A stretch of 64,000 nucleotides of DNA, from NCBI GenBank assembly GCA_951406725.2, contig OX597818.1, positions 105,276,001 through 105,340,000 on the forward strand. Direction: 5' to 3'. The notes beneath the pieces were generated by a model, which was given only the letters and a program-made list of their open reading frames with translations, was not told where the DNA came from and ran no database searches. Shown here in pieces: positions 26,180 through 38,049 of the stretch; the stretch's first letter is position 1, and each line of letters begins with the position of its first letter. The DNA comes from Octopus vulgaris (lineage: Eukaryota). The position numbers were made by a program, and so were the translations under genes.

Positions 26180-28400
26180 CATTATTTACATTATTTACAT
26201 TTGACGGATATTTGTCCTCATCTTGTTTGTCGTTAACACATTTCGGCTGATATACCCTCCAGCCTTCATCAGGTGTCTTGGGGAAATTTCGAACCTGGGT
26301 TCTCATTCCTAAGGTATTTTTTGATTTTATTATTATTATTGTTATTCAGGTCACTGCCTGGAATTAAACTCAGAATCTTGGGGTTAGTAGCCCGCGCTCG
26401 GGCTTATAAATCTAATATTCTCCTATCCTTCCTTAATACTGGTTCCCATATGCTGTTCAAATCTGCACTTGGTCTGCTTAGGAGGTTGTTGCATCCTAGC
26501 ATATGTGCTGCTTCTTTTAGTTTTCGTATTTTCCAGTGGTGTTCTCTGTCTATTATTTTAACTTCATCCCACAGGGGAAGGTGGTCTCCATTTTTCCATA
26601 TATGATCAGCTATATTCAATTTATCAATACCTCCCCATGTCACAGCTTTGCAAGGTTCTTCTACCCTTATTTTGAGGAGACGGCATGTTTTACCTTTGTA
26701 TAACCTACCAGAGCTACATTGAATGGAGTACATGGTCATATTCTCTTCTATTGGTGGTTTTACTCGAAGGAGATATTTGTGAAGTGTTGTATTGCTTTTG
26801 AATACTGTCCTGATGTCATATGGGCCACATATCTTTTGTATCTTTTCAGAGAGGCCTTCCACATAGGGTAGACAGGCTGTGGACAGCTTATCGGTTTCAT
26901 CCTCTCTTTTCTTCATAATTGGAGTGGAGTGTATGCTTTTGAGGTAGTTGTTGCTTAATAGATTGTTATTGAGCTTAATCATTTCTTCATGGTGAGTATC
27001 ATGATCACTACTTATATTCATTGCTCGATGTTTTAGGCATTGAGCAATCCCTCTCTTTACACTGTATGGATGGTGGGAGTTGAAGTCCAGTGAAGGTTGG
27101 CTTGCGATATATGGATGTCGTGAATCCATACTTGGTGCATGTTATTAATACATCCAGGAATGCTAACTGATTGTCTTTTTCTTTTTCCATTGTGAACTGT
27201 ATAGATGGCTTTATTGAGTTCACATGATCTAACAGCACTTGGACATCTTCCTGGTGGGGCCAGAGTGTGAAGGTGTCATCAACATATCGCAGCCATAGGG
27301 TTGGTTTTAGTGGTGTTGATCCTAAAGCCAAATTCTCAAAGTATTCCATGTATATATTGGCTATTATCGGTGATAATGGTGAACCCATAGCTAAACCCTC
27401 TTCTTGTCGATATATATCAGTGTCCATACTGAAGTAGGTAGTTTCTACACAGAAGGTCAACATTTCCATCAAGTTTCTTATTGGTATACTAGTGCGTTTT
27501 TTAGATGTGTGTCTGTCTCTCTAGTTTTTCTTGAATCACTGATAGTGCTTCACCAGTTGGGACTTTAGTGAACAGGCTTATCACATCTAGACTCACCATC
27601 TAGTTGGATTCTATGGAGGTATCCTTGATCAATTCTGTGAAGTGGGTAGAATTCTTCACATGCGATGTTGACTTTCCTTCTAATGGACTGATATCCACAA
27701 GGAAGCGGCTCAGTGGATGACATGCTGAACCTCTACAGCTTGCTATAGGTCTTAATTGAATACCATCCTTGTGAATCTTAGGAAGACCATACATGTGTGG
27801 TAGTTTACTGTAGCGATGAGTCTGTTGTCTGTAATTCATTGGTATAAAGTGATCCTTGTTCTTGATCAAGATCTGTGACAACTTCTTCTCTGTTTTCAAA
27901 GTAGGGTCTTTCTTTACTTTCACTTATAAGACTTGCCAGTTTTTCCGAGTAGTCAGACTTGTTCATCACCACTGTAGCTATTCCCTTGTCTGCTGGAAGT
28001 ATTATGATGGAATTGTCACTCAGTAGTCTTTTGATAGTGAACGTTTCTTCCTTAGTGATGTTTGGTTTGGGAAGTTTCATTTTTTTCTAGTATCTGTTTC
28101 ATTTTCCACCTTAGTTTATCTCCCTGAGCTTTTGGTGTCTTTATGGCTATCTCTTCAATATTATGTCCAAGTATGGAAAGTACTTGATGGTTGTTACAAA
28201 GTTGAGACCTTTGTTAAGTACTGCTTCTTCAGAGCTTTCTAGATGTCGGCTACTTACATTAATTACTGCTTTCACAGGTGGGTGACGGAATGCAGTCTTC
28301 ATTCTCTGACTTTTGAGTTTCATAAACTTCTTAATCTAGCATGTCTTCACCATTTCAAATTCTTTCATGTACAACTTTTCTAGATCTTGTTGGATTCTCT
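26180..28400 (-). mobile_element. Penelope-like retroelement (RT + GIY-YIG), frameshifted
   Basis: ORF fragments read ILPADKG.ATVVM, YGLPKIHK..LRPI, GLAMGSPLSPIIANIYM, WLRYVDDTF, LAFLDV and CLPYV.GLSEKI, plus a GIY-YIG-like MYSIQCSSGRLYKGKT. The 3' pLTR carries a hammerhead motif. Confidence 0.92.
26235..26277 (-). ncRNA. Minimal type I hammerhead ribozyme remnant in the Penelope pLTR
   Basis: Minus strand reads GACAC-CTGATGA-A-GGCTG(GAGGGTATAT)CAGCC-GAAA-T-GTGTT. Core boxes, stem II and stem I are present; stem III is missing. Confidence 0.7.
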
Positions 28401-28411
28401 TTCTATCATCA

Positions 28412-29957
28412 TCTTATTCAAGTACAGTGAAGAATTCTGGGTAGAGGTAGGGGTCCACCAAGGTTCAGTCCTCAGCCCCCTCCTATTTATCATAGACCTC
28501 CAGGCAATAACAGAGGAATTCAAGACAGGATGCCCCTGGGAGCTCCTCTGTGCTGATGACCTTGCTCTTATTGCTGAGTCACTATCAGAACTAGAGGAGA
28601 AGTTTCAGATATGGAAGCAAGGATTAGAATCGAAGAACCTTACAGTCAACCTAGTTAAAACCAAAGTCTTAATATGTAGGATGACAGACAAACCACAAAT
28701 CCCTTCAGGAAGGCTAACTGAGAAGATAATTTTTGTATGTGGCAGATGCTCAGGAGCAATAAACTCTGGAAATGTGCAGAGAACAACTTCTGTCATATTC
28801 CAGGGAGAAAAACTAGAAGTAGTTGACAGCTTCCATTACGTAGGTGACCAAGTCAGTGGCGGGGATGGATGCTCTGAAAGTGTAGCTGATAGAAAAAGAA
28901 TAGCCAGGGCAAAGTTCATAGAGCTCCTACCTCTGCTGGTGACAAAGGACCTCCCACTCAGAGTAAAAGGTAGACTGTATGACGCATGTGTACAAACAGC
29001 CATTCTACATGGCAGTGAAACATGGGCAGTGACTGCTAAAGACATGCATAAACTTGCAAGGAATGAAGCCAGCATGCTCTGCTGGATGTGTAATATCAGT
29101 GTGCATACTCGACAGAGTGTAAGCTCCTTGAGAGTAAAGCTGGACTTAAGAAGCATCAGATGTGGTGTGCAAGAGAGGTGACTGCACTGGTATGGTCATG
29201 TTGTGTGAATGGATGAGGACAGCTATGTGAAAAAGTATCCCACCTGAGCAGTTGAGGGAATCTGTAGGAAGAGGGAGACCCAGGAAGACTTGGGATGAGG
29301 TGGTGAAGCATGACCTTCAAACATTGGGCCTTGACGAGGCAATGATTAGTGACCGAGACCTTTGGAAATATGCTGTGCTTGAGAAGACCCAGTAAGCCAA
29401 GTGAGACCATAACCCGTGGCCTATGCCAGCAGTGTAACCAGCCTACTTATGCATACATTTCTTTTGTTGGACACTAATCTTTGCTTGCAAAGACCTGTTG
29501 AGGCAAGTGAAATCAAAATCAAAATCAAATTCACTGACGAGGCTGAAGACAACACCACCTGACTAGCACCTGTGCCAGTGGAACATTAAAAGCACCATCC
29601 GAGTGTGATCGTTGCCAGGGCCACAGACTAGCTCCTGTGCCGGTGGCACATAAAAAGCACTATTTGAGCATGATCGTTACCAGCGTCACCTCACTGGTAC
29701 GTGAAAAACAACATTTGAGCAAGATCATTGCCAGTGCTGCTGGACTGGCTCATGTGAAGGTGGCACATAAAAAACACCATTTGAGCATGGCCATTGCCAG
29801 TACTGCCTGACTGGCTCTTGGAGTGGTTGGCGTTAGGAAGGGCATCCAGCTCTGCCAGATCAGATTGGAGCCTGGTGCAGCCATCTGGCTTGCGAGTCCT
29901 CAGTCAAACTGTCCAACCCATGCCAGCTGGAAAGTGGACGTTAAATGATGATGATGA

Positions 29958-29960
<3 letters not shown>
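28412..29960 (+). mobile_element. 5'-truncated RTE-clade LINE (copy 1)
   Basis: GVHQGSVLSPLLF, LCADDLAL, KTKVL, F.Y.G and LHGSETW motifs. The 3' UTR has ~60-bp subrepeats and a (GAT)n tail. Confidence 0.9.
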
Positions 29961-29994
<34 letters not shown>

Positions 29995-29997
<3 letters not shown>

Positions 29998-30113
29998 CTC
30001 AAACAAGGATGCTGTTGACAGTGATTCGAAGTTTCAGCCAACTAAACCAATGTTGGACTGTTTAGCCAGTTGAACCCTTGAAGTCCCTGTCAACAACACT
30101 TTTGTTTGAGAAT
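29995..30113. repeat. Degenerate palindromic element (MITE-like hairpin)
   Basis: ATTCTCAAACAAGGATGCTGTTGACAG... pairs imperfectly with ...CTGTCAACAACACTTTTGTTTGAGAAT. Confidence 0.65.
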
Positions 30114-30374
30114 AATAAATTTGTACTCTACAAAAGTATAGAATAACCCATCAGATTAATGTAAAATTGTTTTTATAATAATTTAACATCAGAACAAAAT
30201 TAATATATATATAGGCACAGGAGTGGCTGTGTGGTAAGAAGCTTGCTTCCCAATCACATGGCTTCAGGTTCAATCCCACTGCATGGCACCTTGGACAAGT
30301 GTCTTCTACTATAGCCTTGGGCTGCCCAAAGTCTTGTGAGTAGATTTGGTAGATGGAAACTGAAAGAAGCCCAT

Positions 30375-30860
30375 CATATATATATAAATCCATTCTGTCT
30401 GTCTGTGTGTCTTCTCGGATCTTGGGCATCCTCCATCCGACTGCACTCAAATTTGATATGTAGATACCAACAGTATCAGGGAGTATATAAGTCTTGAAAA
30501 AATTACAAAAATCGCTAAAGCCGTTTTTGTCCTGCTTTTCTTCCGTCAACCTGTACATAACTGCACCTTCCATTTTTTGTTGTTTTCGTACTGCTTAAAG
30601 GCACGTTTCTTTCCTCCCAAGCTTACTGTTTAAACCATGTTTGTGGTCTCCCAGTCAACAGCCTTATCATTACTGGTACTTTAAACTCTTCGGCTGCATA
30701 TTTGTGTGAATAAAATCGTTTTTCTTTGGAATAGAAAAAAAGCCTATATTTATCTCTTCTTTTGCTGGTGTCTCAAATTTAGATTAAATCAGTGTTTCTC
30801 AAAGGGGAGGCCTATGGGACGGTCAGACAAGTTGTTTTGAGAAAATTTAGTTTAAATGTT
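30375..30860 (+). mobile_element. Insertion splitting a family-B SINE, possibly a non-autonomous Helitron-type element
   Basis: The SINE head (30212-30375) resumes at ~30950. The insert starts TATATATATAAA..CTGTCTGTCTGTGTG..CCGA..CAAATTTG, resembling Helitron-derived 5' ends. No 3' CTRR end was recognised. Confidence 0.4.
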
Positions 30861-30904
30861 TGACAACTCAGCACCGTCCATTGGATGGCGGGGTGTTTTG
30901 CTTG

Positions 30905-30939
<35 letters not shown>

Positions 30940-31150
30940 ATGTATATGTATGTATTTGTGTGTCTGTATTTCTTCCCTACCATTGCTTTACAACCGATGT
31001 TGGTGTGTTTATGTTCCCATATCTTAGCGGTTCGGAAAAAGAATCAATAGAAAAAGTACTAGGCTTGCAAAGAATAAGTCCTGGAGTTGATTTGTTCAAG
31101 TAAATGTAGTGCTCCAGCATGGCTAATCAAATGAATAAAACAAGTAAAAG

Positions 31151-31210
<60 letters not shown>

Positions 31211-31536
31211 TTGTATGTGTATATGTAGATTACACAAACATTCGCATGCACACCGGGGTAACTGACTGCAGTTTTGTCAAGTAAAACCCCCTCCTTGTAG
31301 TAGAACTGAAACCTAGGGTAATGCTTGTCATAAAGCAGCACAAACCTTCAAGCTAAAGTTTATTTATATCTACTGAATTCTTTATGACAAAATACAGATA
31401 TCGCTCAACCATTAAGTACAGTATGCATTTGTTTTTTTTTAGTTCAGTGAGGGAGGCTGTCACTGTTCATATTTTACTCTTAACTCTTTCATAAGTTATA
31501 GTCTTTGAATTGTAAGCATGTATGGATTTGTGTGTT

Positions 31537-31598
<62 letters not shown>

Positions 31599-33344
31599 GC
31601 TTCAAGATCCCTTAAACAAGAGTAAAAAAATCTAAGGGACATGAGCAGAATGTATTTAAGTAGAAGAAGGGCTATATATAAATAACCAAGGCAACATTTG
31701 GGATACTTGACTGGTCTGTAGAGGAAATAACACTCCATAAACATTAAAACACATAAGATCTTGCCATCAGCTGAAAATTTCCACAGAAACAGTGATATCA
31801 ACAGGCTCTGCCTAAGAGAGAGATGAAGAAAATAGAAGTCTGAGATCAATGCAGACAGCCTTCAAATGTCATCATAGAGTCTTTTTGAGACAGCATCTGA
31901 TAAACAACTGCAGCAAAAATAAATACATAAACCTAGGGCTGAAAAGCAAAGAGAACACTATCCTATGTGAGCTCCTCAGGAAGCATTTTCTTCCTGACAA
32001 CCTCCCATCATAGAGATCAACTGCCCTTGCAGATGTGAATATTTCTTTGAAAAATCAAAGAGAAAGAGGACAACTTTGATGCCTTCAGATTATAAATTTA
32101 AAATTATAAATTTGCATTTACACAAATAATAATTATTATTATCATTGGTGCACCTGGTTTTTGTGAGAAAATGTCGAAGTGAAATCTGGAGAGTATGACA
32201 GAGGAACATGAGCAGACGTCTTGCTTAAGAGGTGAATACATAGCTTCTGGAAAGAGAAAGGGAGATGTGAGGTCAAGGTAAAAGGTGCATATGAGAGAGA
32301 GTATAGGGATAGAGGAACAGGAAAGATAGGTGGGTAGATAAGTGCAGTAGAGTGAAAAGAGTGTGACAGATGATAAGAGATGGAGATTGAGGTGGATGTT
32401 GTCTTGGTTACCAAAGTCACCTCACAAAGCATTAGAAGACTCTTGCCCAAGATTACGCATTGTGTGACTGAACAGAAAAACCACATGGTTTTGAGGCAAA
32501 CTTCTTAACTGCACATCCCTGCCTAAAGAAATTATCAAGAAAAAAAAAATTTTCTCAAAGCACATAATGATGAAAATAACTAAATTAAGCAGAAAATCAG
32601 AAAATGTGATACAACAGCAGTGAAAAGTTTCAGAAATTCATAGTTGTGCCCCAGCATGATTGGACTATAATGCATGAAATCAAATGAAAAACTATAAAAG
32701 TTGCAAGAACTGCTTTACACTAATGTTATTTTCAGAAAGTAATTTTTTAGTTCTCTGTCTAATTTGTTATAACCATCATGGCTAAGACCATGTCGGAATA
32801 AAGGATCCTCCTTTATGTTTATTATCATTTGGGGTGGCAGCCTAATTATATATATGTAAAAATACTTCAGTAAATTCTTTACCATTTCATGATATCTTTA
32901 ATATTCCTATATCTCTTATATTTCTTTTCCTTTTATCATTCTTTCTTTTTTATCAAGAATGTTCTGGAAAATAGCTTAGACTAAGAATGTATTTTATATA
33001 GTTTTTCTCTATTTTACTGTTTTTGCAATCAGTTTCTTTTTTTTTTCTTTTTTTTCTTAATTATTTCTGTATACTGCTCAGTTATATATACTTTTATATT
33101 AAAAGGTTCATATTGTAGTTTATATTACAGGTGTATTAGCTATGTTTTTTTTCAGTACCACACTGTACTAAAGAATATATCTATAGATTTTTAGCCAACA
33201 CTGTTTGTAATAGCTGTAAACATCTTGTCAGTAATATATTGCACATAGATATATGGCATTTACATCTAACTACATATAGTAGTGACTAAAAATTCTCTAC
33301 ACATAGCTGAAAAATATATATATTTGTATTTGTAATTATATATT

Positions 33345-33690
33345 TATAATGTTGCCAGCCTCGCCTGGCCTCCATGCCAGTGGCACGTAGAAAGCACCAT
33401 CTGATTGTGGCCGTTGCCAGTCTCGCCTGGCCTCCGTGCCGGTGGCACATAAAAAGCACCATCTGATTGTGGCCGTTTGTCAGCCACATCTGGCACCTGT
33501 GCCGGTGGCACGTAAAAAGCACCCACTACACTCATGGAGTGGTTGGCATTAGGAAGGGCATCCAGCCATAGAAACATTGCCAGATCAGACTGGGCCTGGT
33601 GCAGCCTCCTGGCTTCCCAGACCCCAGTTGAACCATCCAACCCATGCCAGCATGGAAAGGGATGCTAAACAATGATGATGATGATGATGA
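33345..33690 (+). mobile_element. RTE 3' UTR fragment
   Basis: GTGCCGGTGGCAC subrepeats and GAGTGGTTGGC.TTAGGAAGGGCATCCAGC...CCAACCCATGCCAGCATGGAAA followed by (GAT)n. This matches the ends of the RTEs at 29960 and 49003. Confidence 0.85.
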
Positions 33691-33999
33691 ATGTATCTCT
33701 CTATCTATAGATAGATAGGTCTACATATAGATAGATTTCTTTATCTATCAACTTGTCAATTTTGACAGAAGGCCAGTAGCTTTGGGAGAGTCGCCAAGTT
33801 GATTAAAGTGACCCCAGTGCTCAACTGGTACTTATTTTATCAACTTCAAAAGGATGAAAGGCAAACTTGCCTTCAGTGGAATTTGAACTCAGAACGTAAG
33901 GACAGATGAAATGCCACTAAGCATTTTGTTTAGTGTGCTAATGATTCTGGCAATGAGCTGGCAGAATCATTCTGCCAGCTTGCTGCCTTAATAATAATG

Positions 34000-34057
<58 letters not shown>

Positions 34058-34058
<1 letters not shown>

Positions 34059-34987
34059 CAGAAATTACCAAAAACATATAATGGACAGAAACATAACAAG
34101 TAACAGCAGAATATGTGGAGATGGACAAAAAACAAGTCCTGGCTAAGAAGGATTATATTCACAGACATGACAGAGTTGGGAACTACATATCCTGGAAGCT
34201 ATGCCAACACTATGGAAAAACAACAGAAAAAGATGGTATAAGCACACGCCAGAAAAGGTCACAGAAAACATGAAAGCAACCATACTATGGGATATGCCAA
34301 TACACACAGACAGAGAAATTAAGGCCAATAGGCCAGATATAGTTGTCAGAGATCATGAAGGAAAAAAGGGCTTTCTAATTGATGTATCAATACCAGCAGA
34401 TGACGTTTCTCTAAAAGAAATGGAGAAACTTTCAAAATACAGAGACCTGGAAATAGAGGTAACTCGAATGTGGAATCTAAAAACAGAAACAATTCCTATC
34501 ATAGTGGGCACATTAGGTAAGATAAAAAAAATATTCAGACAAATACGTAACAAAAACACCAGGACTTACAAATATATATAACATACAGACAGGCGGCGAG
34601 CTGGCAGAGATGTTAGCACACCGGGTGAAGTGCTTCGCGGTATTTCGCCCATCGCTACGTTCTGAGTTCAAATTTCGCCGAGGTCAACTTTGCCTTTCAT
34701 CCTTTCGAGGTCGATAAATTAAGTACCAATTACACACTGGGGTCGATGTAATCGACTTAATCCATTTGTCTGTACTTGTTTGTCTCCTCTATGTTTAGCC
34801 GCTTGTGGGTAATAAAGAAACATATATAACATACAGAAAATTGTACTACTGGGCACTGCACACATCCTACGCAAAACACCTTCAATACAGTAACCATAAG
34901 AGCATCATAGCAAACCACAGCACATACCCAAGGTACACAGAGCTGCACTCTGTAGTGAAGTGAAAGCACATTATAAAAATAAAACTA

Positions 34988-34990
<3 letters not shown>
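34058..34990 (+). mobile_element. Dong/R4-like LINE 3' fragment (restriction-like endonuclease) in an (AAT)n tract
   Basis: HRHDRVG.YI, ILWDMPIHTDREIKANRPDIVV, LIDVSIP and KLSKYRDL motifs (PD-(D/E)xK RLE). Flanked by long (AAT)n on both sides. Confidence 0.9.
34590..34821 (+). mobile_element. Young family-A SINE with 16-bp TSD
   Basis: GGCGGCGAGCTGGCAGA head, GAGTTCAAAT B-box-like motif and retained CpGs. TSD ATATATAACATACAGA at 34574-34589 and 34822-34837. Confidence 0.9.
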
Positions 34991-35074
<84 letters not shown>

Positions 35075-35659
35075 TTGATGCAGTAATAAATGCCTTGATG
35101 CAGTACCAGGCAGTGGCTCTCATGGCTTCTGATCTTAACTGATTGGAAGTGTTATCATGTACATTGTTTTGTCTTGGTATAAAAGATGGGCTACAGCAAA
35201 TATTCTGCTCAATACCACAGATTTGCTTGTCAGTTGTTTGACCTTAACCAGTTGAGCATGTCCCTTAGTGGCTGACGATATGTGCATCTCTGATCACGAG
35301 CAGAAGTAGTGGGGGAGCATCATAGCCATGTGTTGAGAGGAATTCTTTGGGGTTTGGATGATTCACCTGTGGAAACACGGGTGGTTCTTTCAACATCCTT
35401 AAACAACCCTTATTCAGGGACCTTTTGAGCGGGATGGGCAACTCAACCTGAAGAAAATTCTAACTGGGCCCCACCTGCAAGGTCATGTGCTGTTTATCTT
35501 GATATGAGATCACCATGTCACGCACATATGGTTGTGATGCATGTGCCTGGTGTACCTTTATCAGACGGGTAGTCATGATGGGTATATTGGGCTTCGTATA
35601 TTTTACCCCAGTGTCACTTTGATGGCATGCACTGCTCTCTCACTCAATAATAATAATAA

Positions 35660-36215
35660 GGTATTATAAAATCAAAACTGCTGACAAATGGTATAAACAC
35701 CATTCTGAAGCTGTGACTGAGGGAGAAAATGTGTCAATTCTATGGGACTTCCCCGTACATACTGACAAAACTATAAAAGCTAATAAACTGGATATTATTA
35801 TGAAAGATCAAACAAAAAGGATGTGTTTATTAATTGACATGAGTATTCCTTGTGATCACAATATAGCGGCGAAAGAATTTGACAAGATCAGTAAATATAA
35901 AGACTTGCTAATAGAAATTGAAAAAAATGTGGCATCTCAAGGTGACTATAGTACCAGTGATTGTAGGATCTCTAGGAATGATAAAAAAAAAGGTACTGAA
36001 ACCTATTTGAAAATGATACCTGGCTTACCATCCCTACAGGAAGTGCAAAAAATCGTGTTAACTGAAACTGCTCATGTACTGAGAAGAGCATTATCACTGT
36101 GAAAACAACATCCATTCATGAATTTATTTGTTTATTAATTTTTTAAATACATATTTTACCTGTGAATTTGCGTGTGTAATCTGGAAATGCATACAACGAG
36201 CTTCTCTGCCCTAGG
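35660..36215 (+). mobile_element. Second Dong/R4-like LINE 3' fragment (different subfamily)
   Basis: KWYKH..E, ILWDFPVHTDKTIKANKLDII, LIDMSIP, KISKYKDL and QKIVL.ETAHVLRRAL motifs. It starts at an (AAT)n tract. Confidence 0.88.
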
Positions 36216-36506
36216 TGCTTATATGATGGTGATGCTCATTTACAGCTATCACATGATGTCAAGATAAATAGACACAAATACATATAAGTGTACACATATA
36301 CATGTAGATACATAAATACACAATGGGCTTCTTTCAGTTTCTGTTTTCCAGATCCACTCACAATACTTTGATTGGCTCAGGGCTAGAGAAGACACTTTTT
36401 CAAGGTGTCATGCAGTGGGAGTGAATCTGAAACTATGTGATTGGGAAGCAAACTTCTTAACTATACACCCTTGTCTGTGTGTGAGTGTGTATACATATAT
36501 ACAAGC

Positions 36507-36537
<31 letters not shown>

Positions 36538-36538
<1 letters not shown>

Positions 36539-37821
36539 CAGGCTGAGTAAAAAGTAAGAAACGTTTTCAAACATGAAATTCATTACAATATATTTCAACA
36601 AGACAGAAATTTTATTCATCAAAGTAAGTGCCATTACAATCAACACATTTTTGCCAGCAAATTACAAGTTTGTTTATTTCCGTAACATAAAAATCTGGCA
36701 TTCTGGAGCTAATGAACTCTTTGAATGCACTTTCAGCATTGGTTTGATTTTTGAACTCCTTCTCTCACAGGAAACCATCAAGGTGCTTGAAAAAGCAATA
36801 GTCGGTAGGAAAAAGGTCTGGGGAATAAGCTGGGTGGGTAAGAACTTCGTAGCTAAGTTCCCTCAACTTTTGGAACATCATGAGTGAAACATGTGGTCGA
36901 GCATTGTCATGAAGAACGACTGGCCCTCTTCTGTTGACCAGCCTGGAATGGAGGAGCAACAGTTTTTCATTCATTTTGGCAATTTCATGGAAATATGTTT
37001 CTGCCGTAATGGTTTTTCTGGGTTTTAAGAAGTTATAGTGGATGAGTGCAGCAGTACACCACAAAACAGTCACCATAACCTTCTTTTTGAAGAGCTTGAG
37101 TTTAGGGAAGGTTTTCAGTGCTTCATTTTGGTCCAACCATTGTGAAGAACATCTTTTATTATTGTACAGAATCCACTTTTCATCGCAAGTTACAATATGG
37201 TCAAGAAATGGATCTGTTTGGTTATGGAGAAGAAGCAACGAGCAAATTTCATATCTGCGCATTTTCTAACTTTCATTCAAATTGTGTGATACCCATTTGT
37301 CAAGCTTTTTTGATTTTCCAATCACATGCAAATGGTTGCAGGCAGTTTTCTGGCTAACTTGAAGTTCTTTTGCCAGTTCTCAAGTGGTTGTTTATGTGGA
37401 TCTTTCTCAATAACAGTCTTTTATTGACCATCATCAAATGACAGATGGGCGTCCACTATGCTCATGATCTTTAAGGCTCAGGTCTACACTGCAAAATCGT
37501 TTAAATCATTTTTGAGCTGACCACTCACTGGTCATTTCCTCACCAAACATTTTGTTGATATTGCGAGCAGTTTCAGGTGCTTTACATCCTTTTCTGAAGT
37601 TGAATAGCAAAATTGCTCGAATATCACGCTTTAATAGTTCCATTTCAGATGATTGTAACAATGGTGAAAATATATCAATATTAATTTATTGATGCATTTG
37701 GGCAAGTTTATGTCTGTATTATCAGACAATTGCAAAAAAATGTTTAAGAAGAATTCAAAACTCTGCAAAAATTCAGTACAAATTCTTCATGATTCAAAAC
37801 AGTGCTTACTTTTTACTCAAC

Positions 37822-37825
<4 letters not shown>
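36538..37825 (-). mobile_element. Full-length (~1.29 kb) decayed mariner transposon
   Basis: TIRs TCAGGCTGAGTAAAAAGTAAG / CTTACTTTTTACTCAACCTGA inside (TA)n. Motifs KWVSH, TCDEKW, HDNARPH and YSPDLFPTDY (D,D34D) are present. Confidence 0.95.
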
Positions 37826-37878
<53 letters not shown>

Positions 37879-38049
37879 CATTCAGAGCAAAGTCTTATAC
37901 TCTCAGCCTAAATACCTCAAAAATCCATATGAGCCCCAACCTCATGAGTTTGTATGCTCAAGGCAGACTTTTTTTGTCTACTTAGGTAATATTTGGTAAT
38001 GCTTTGACAATTTGTGCAAAAGCTTACTCCATTTACTGATGAATTTTAC

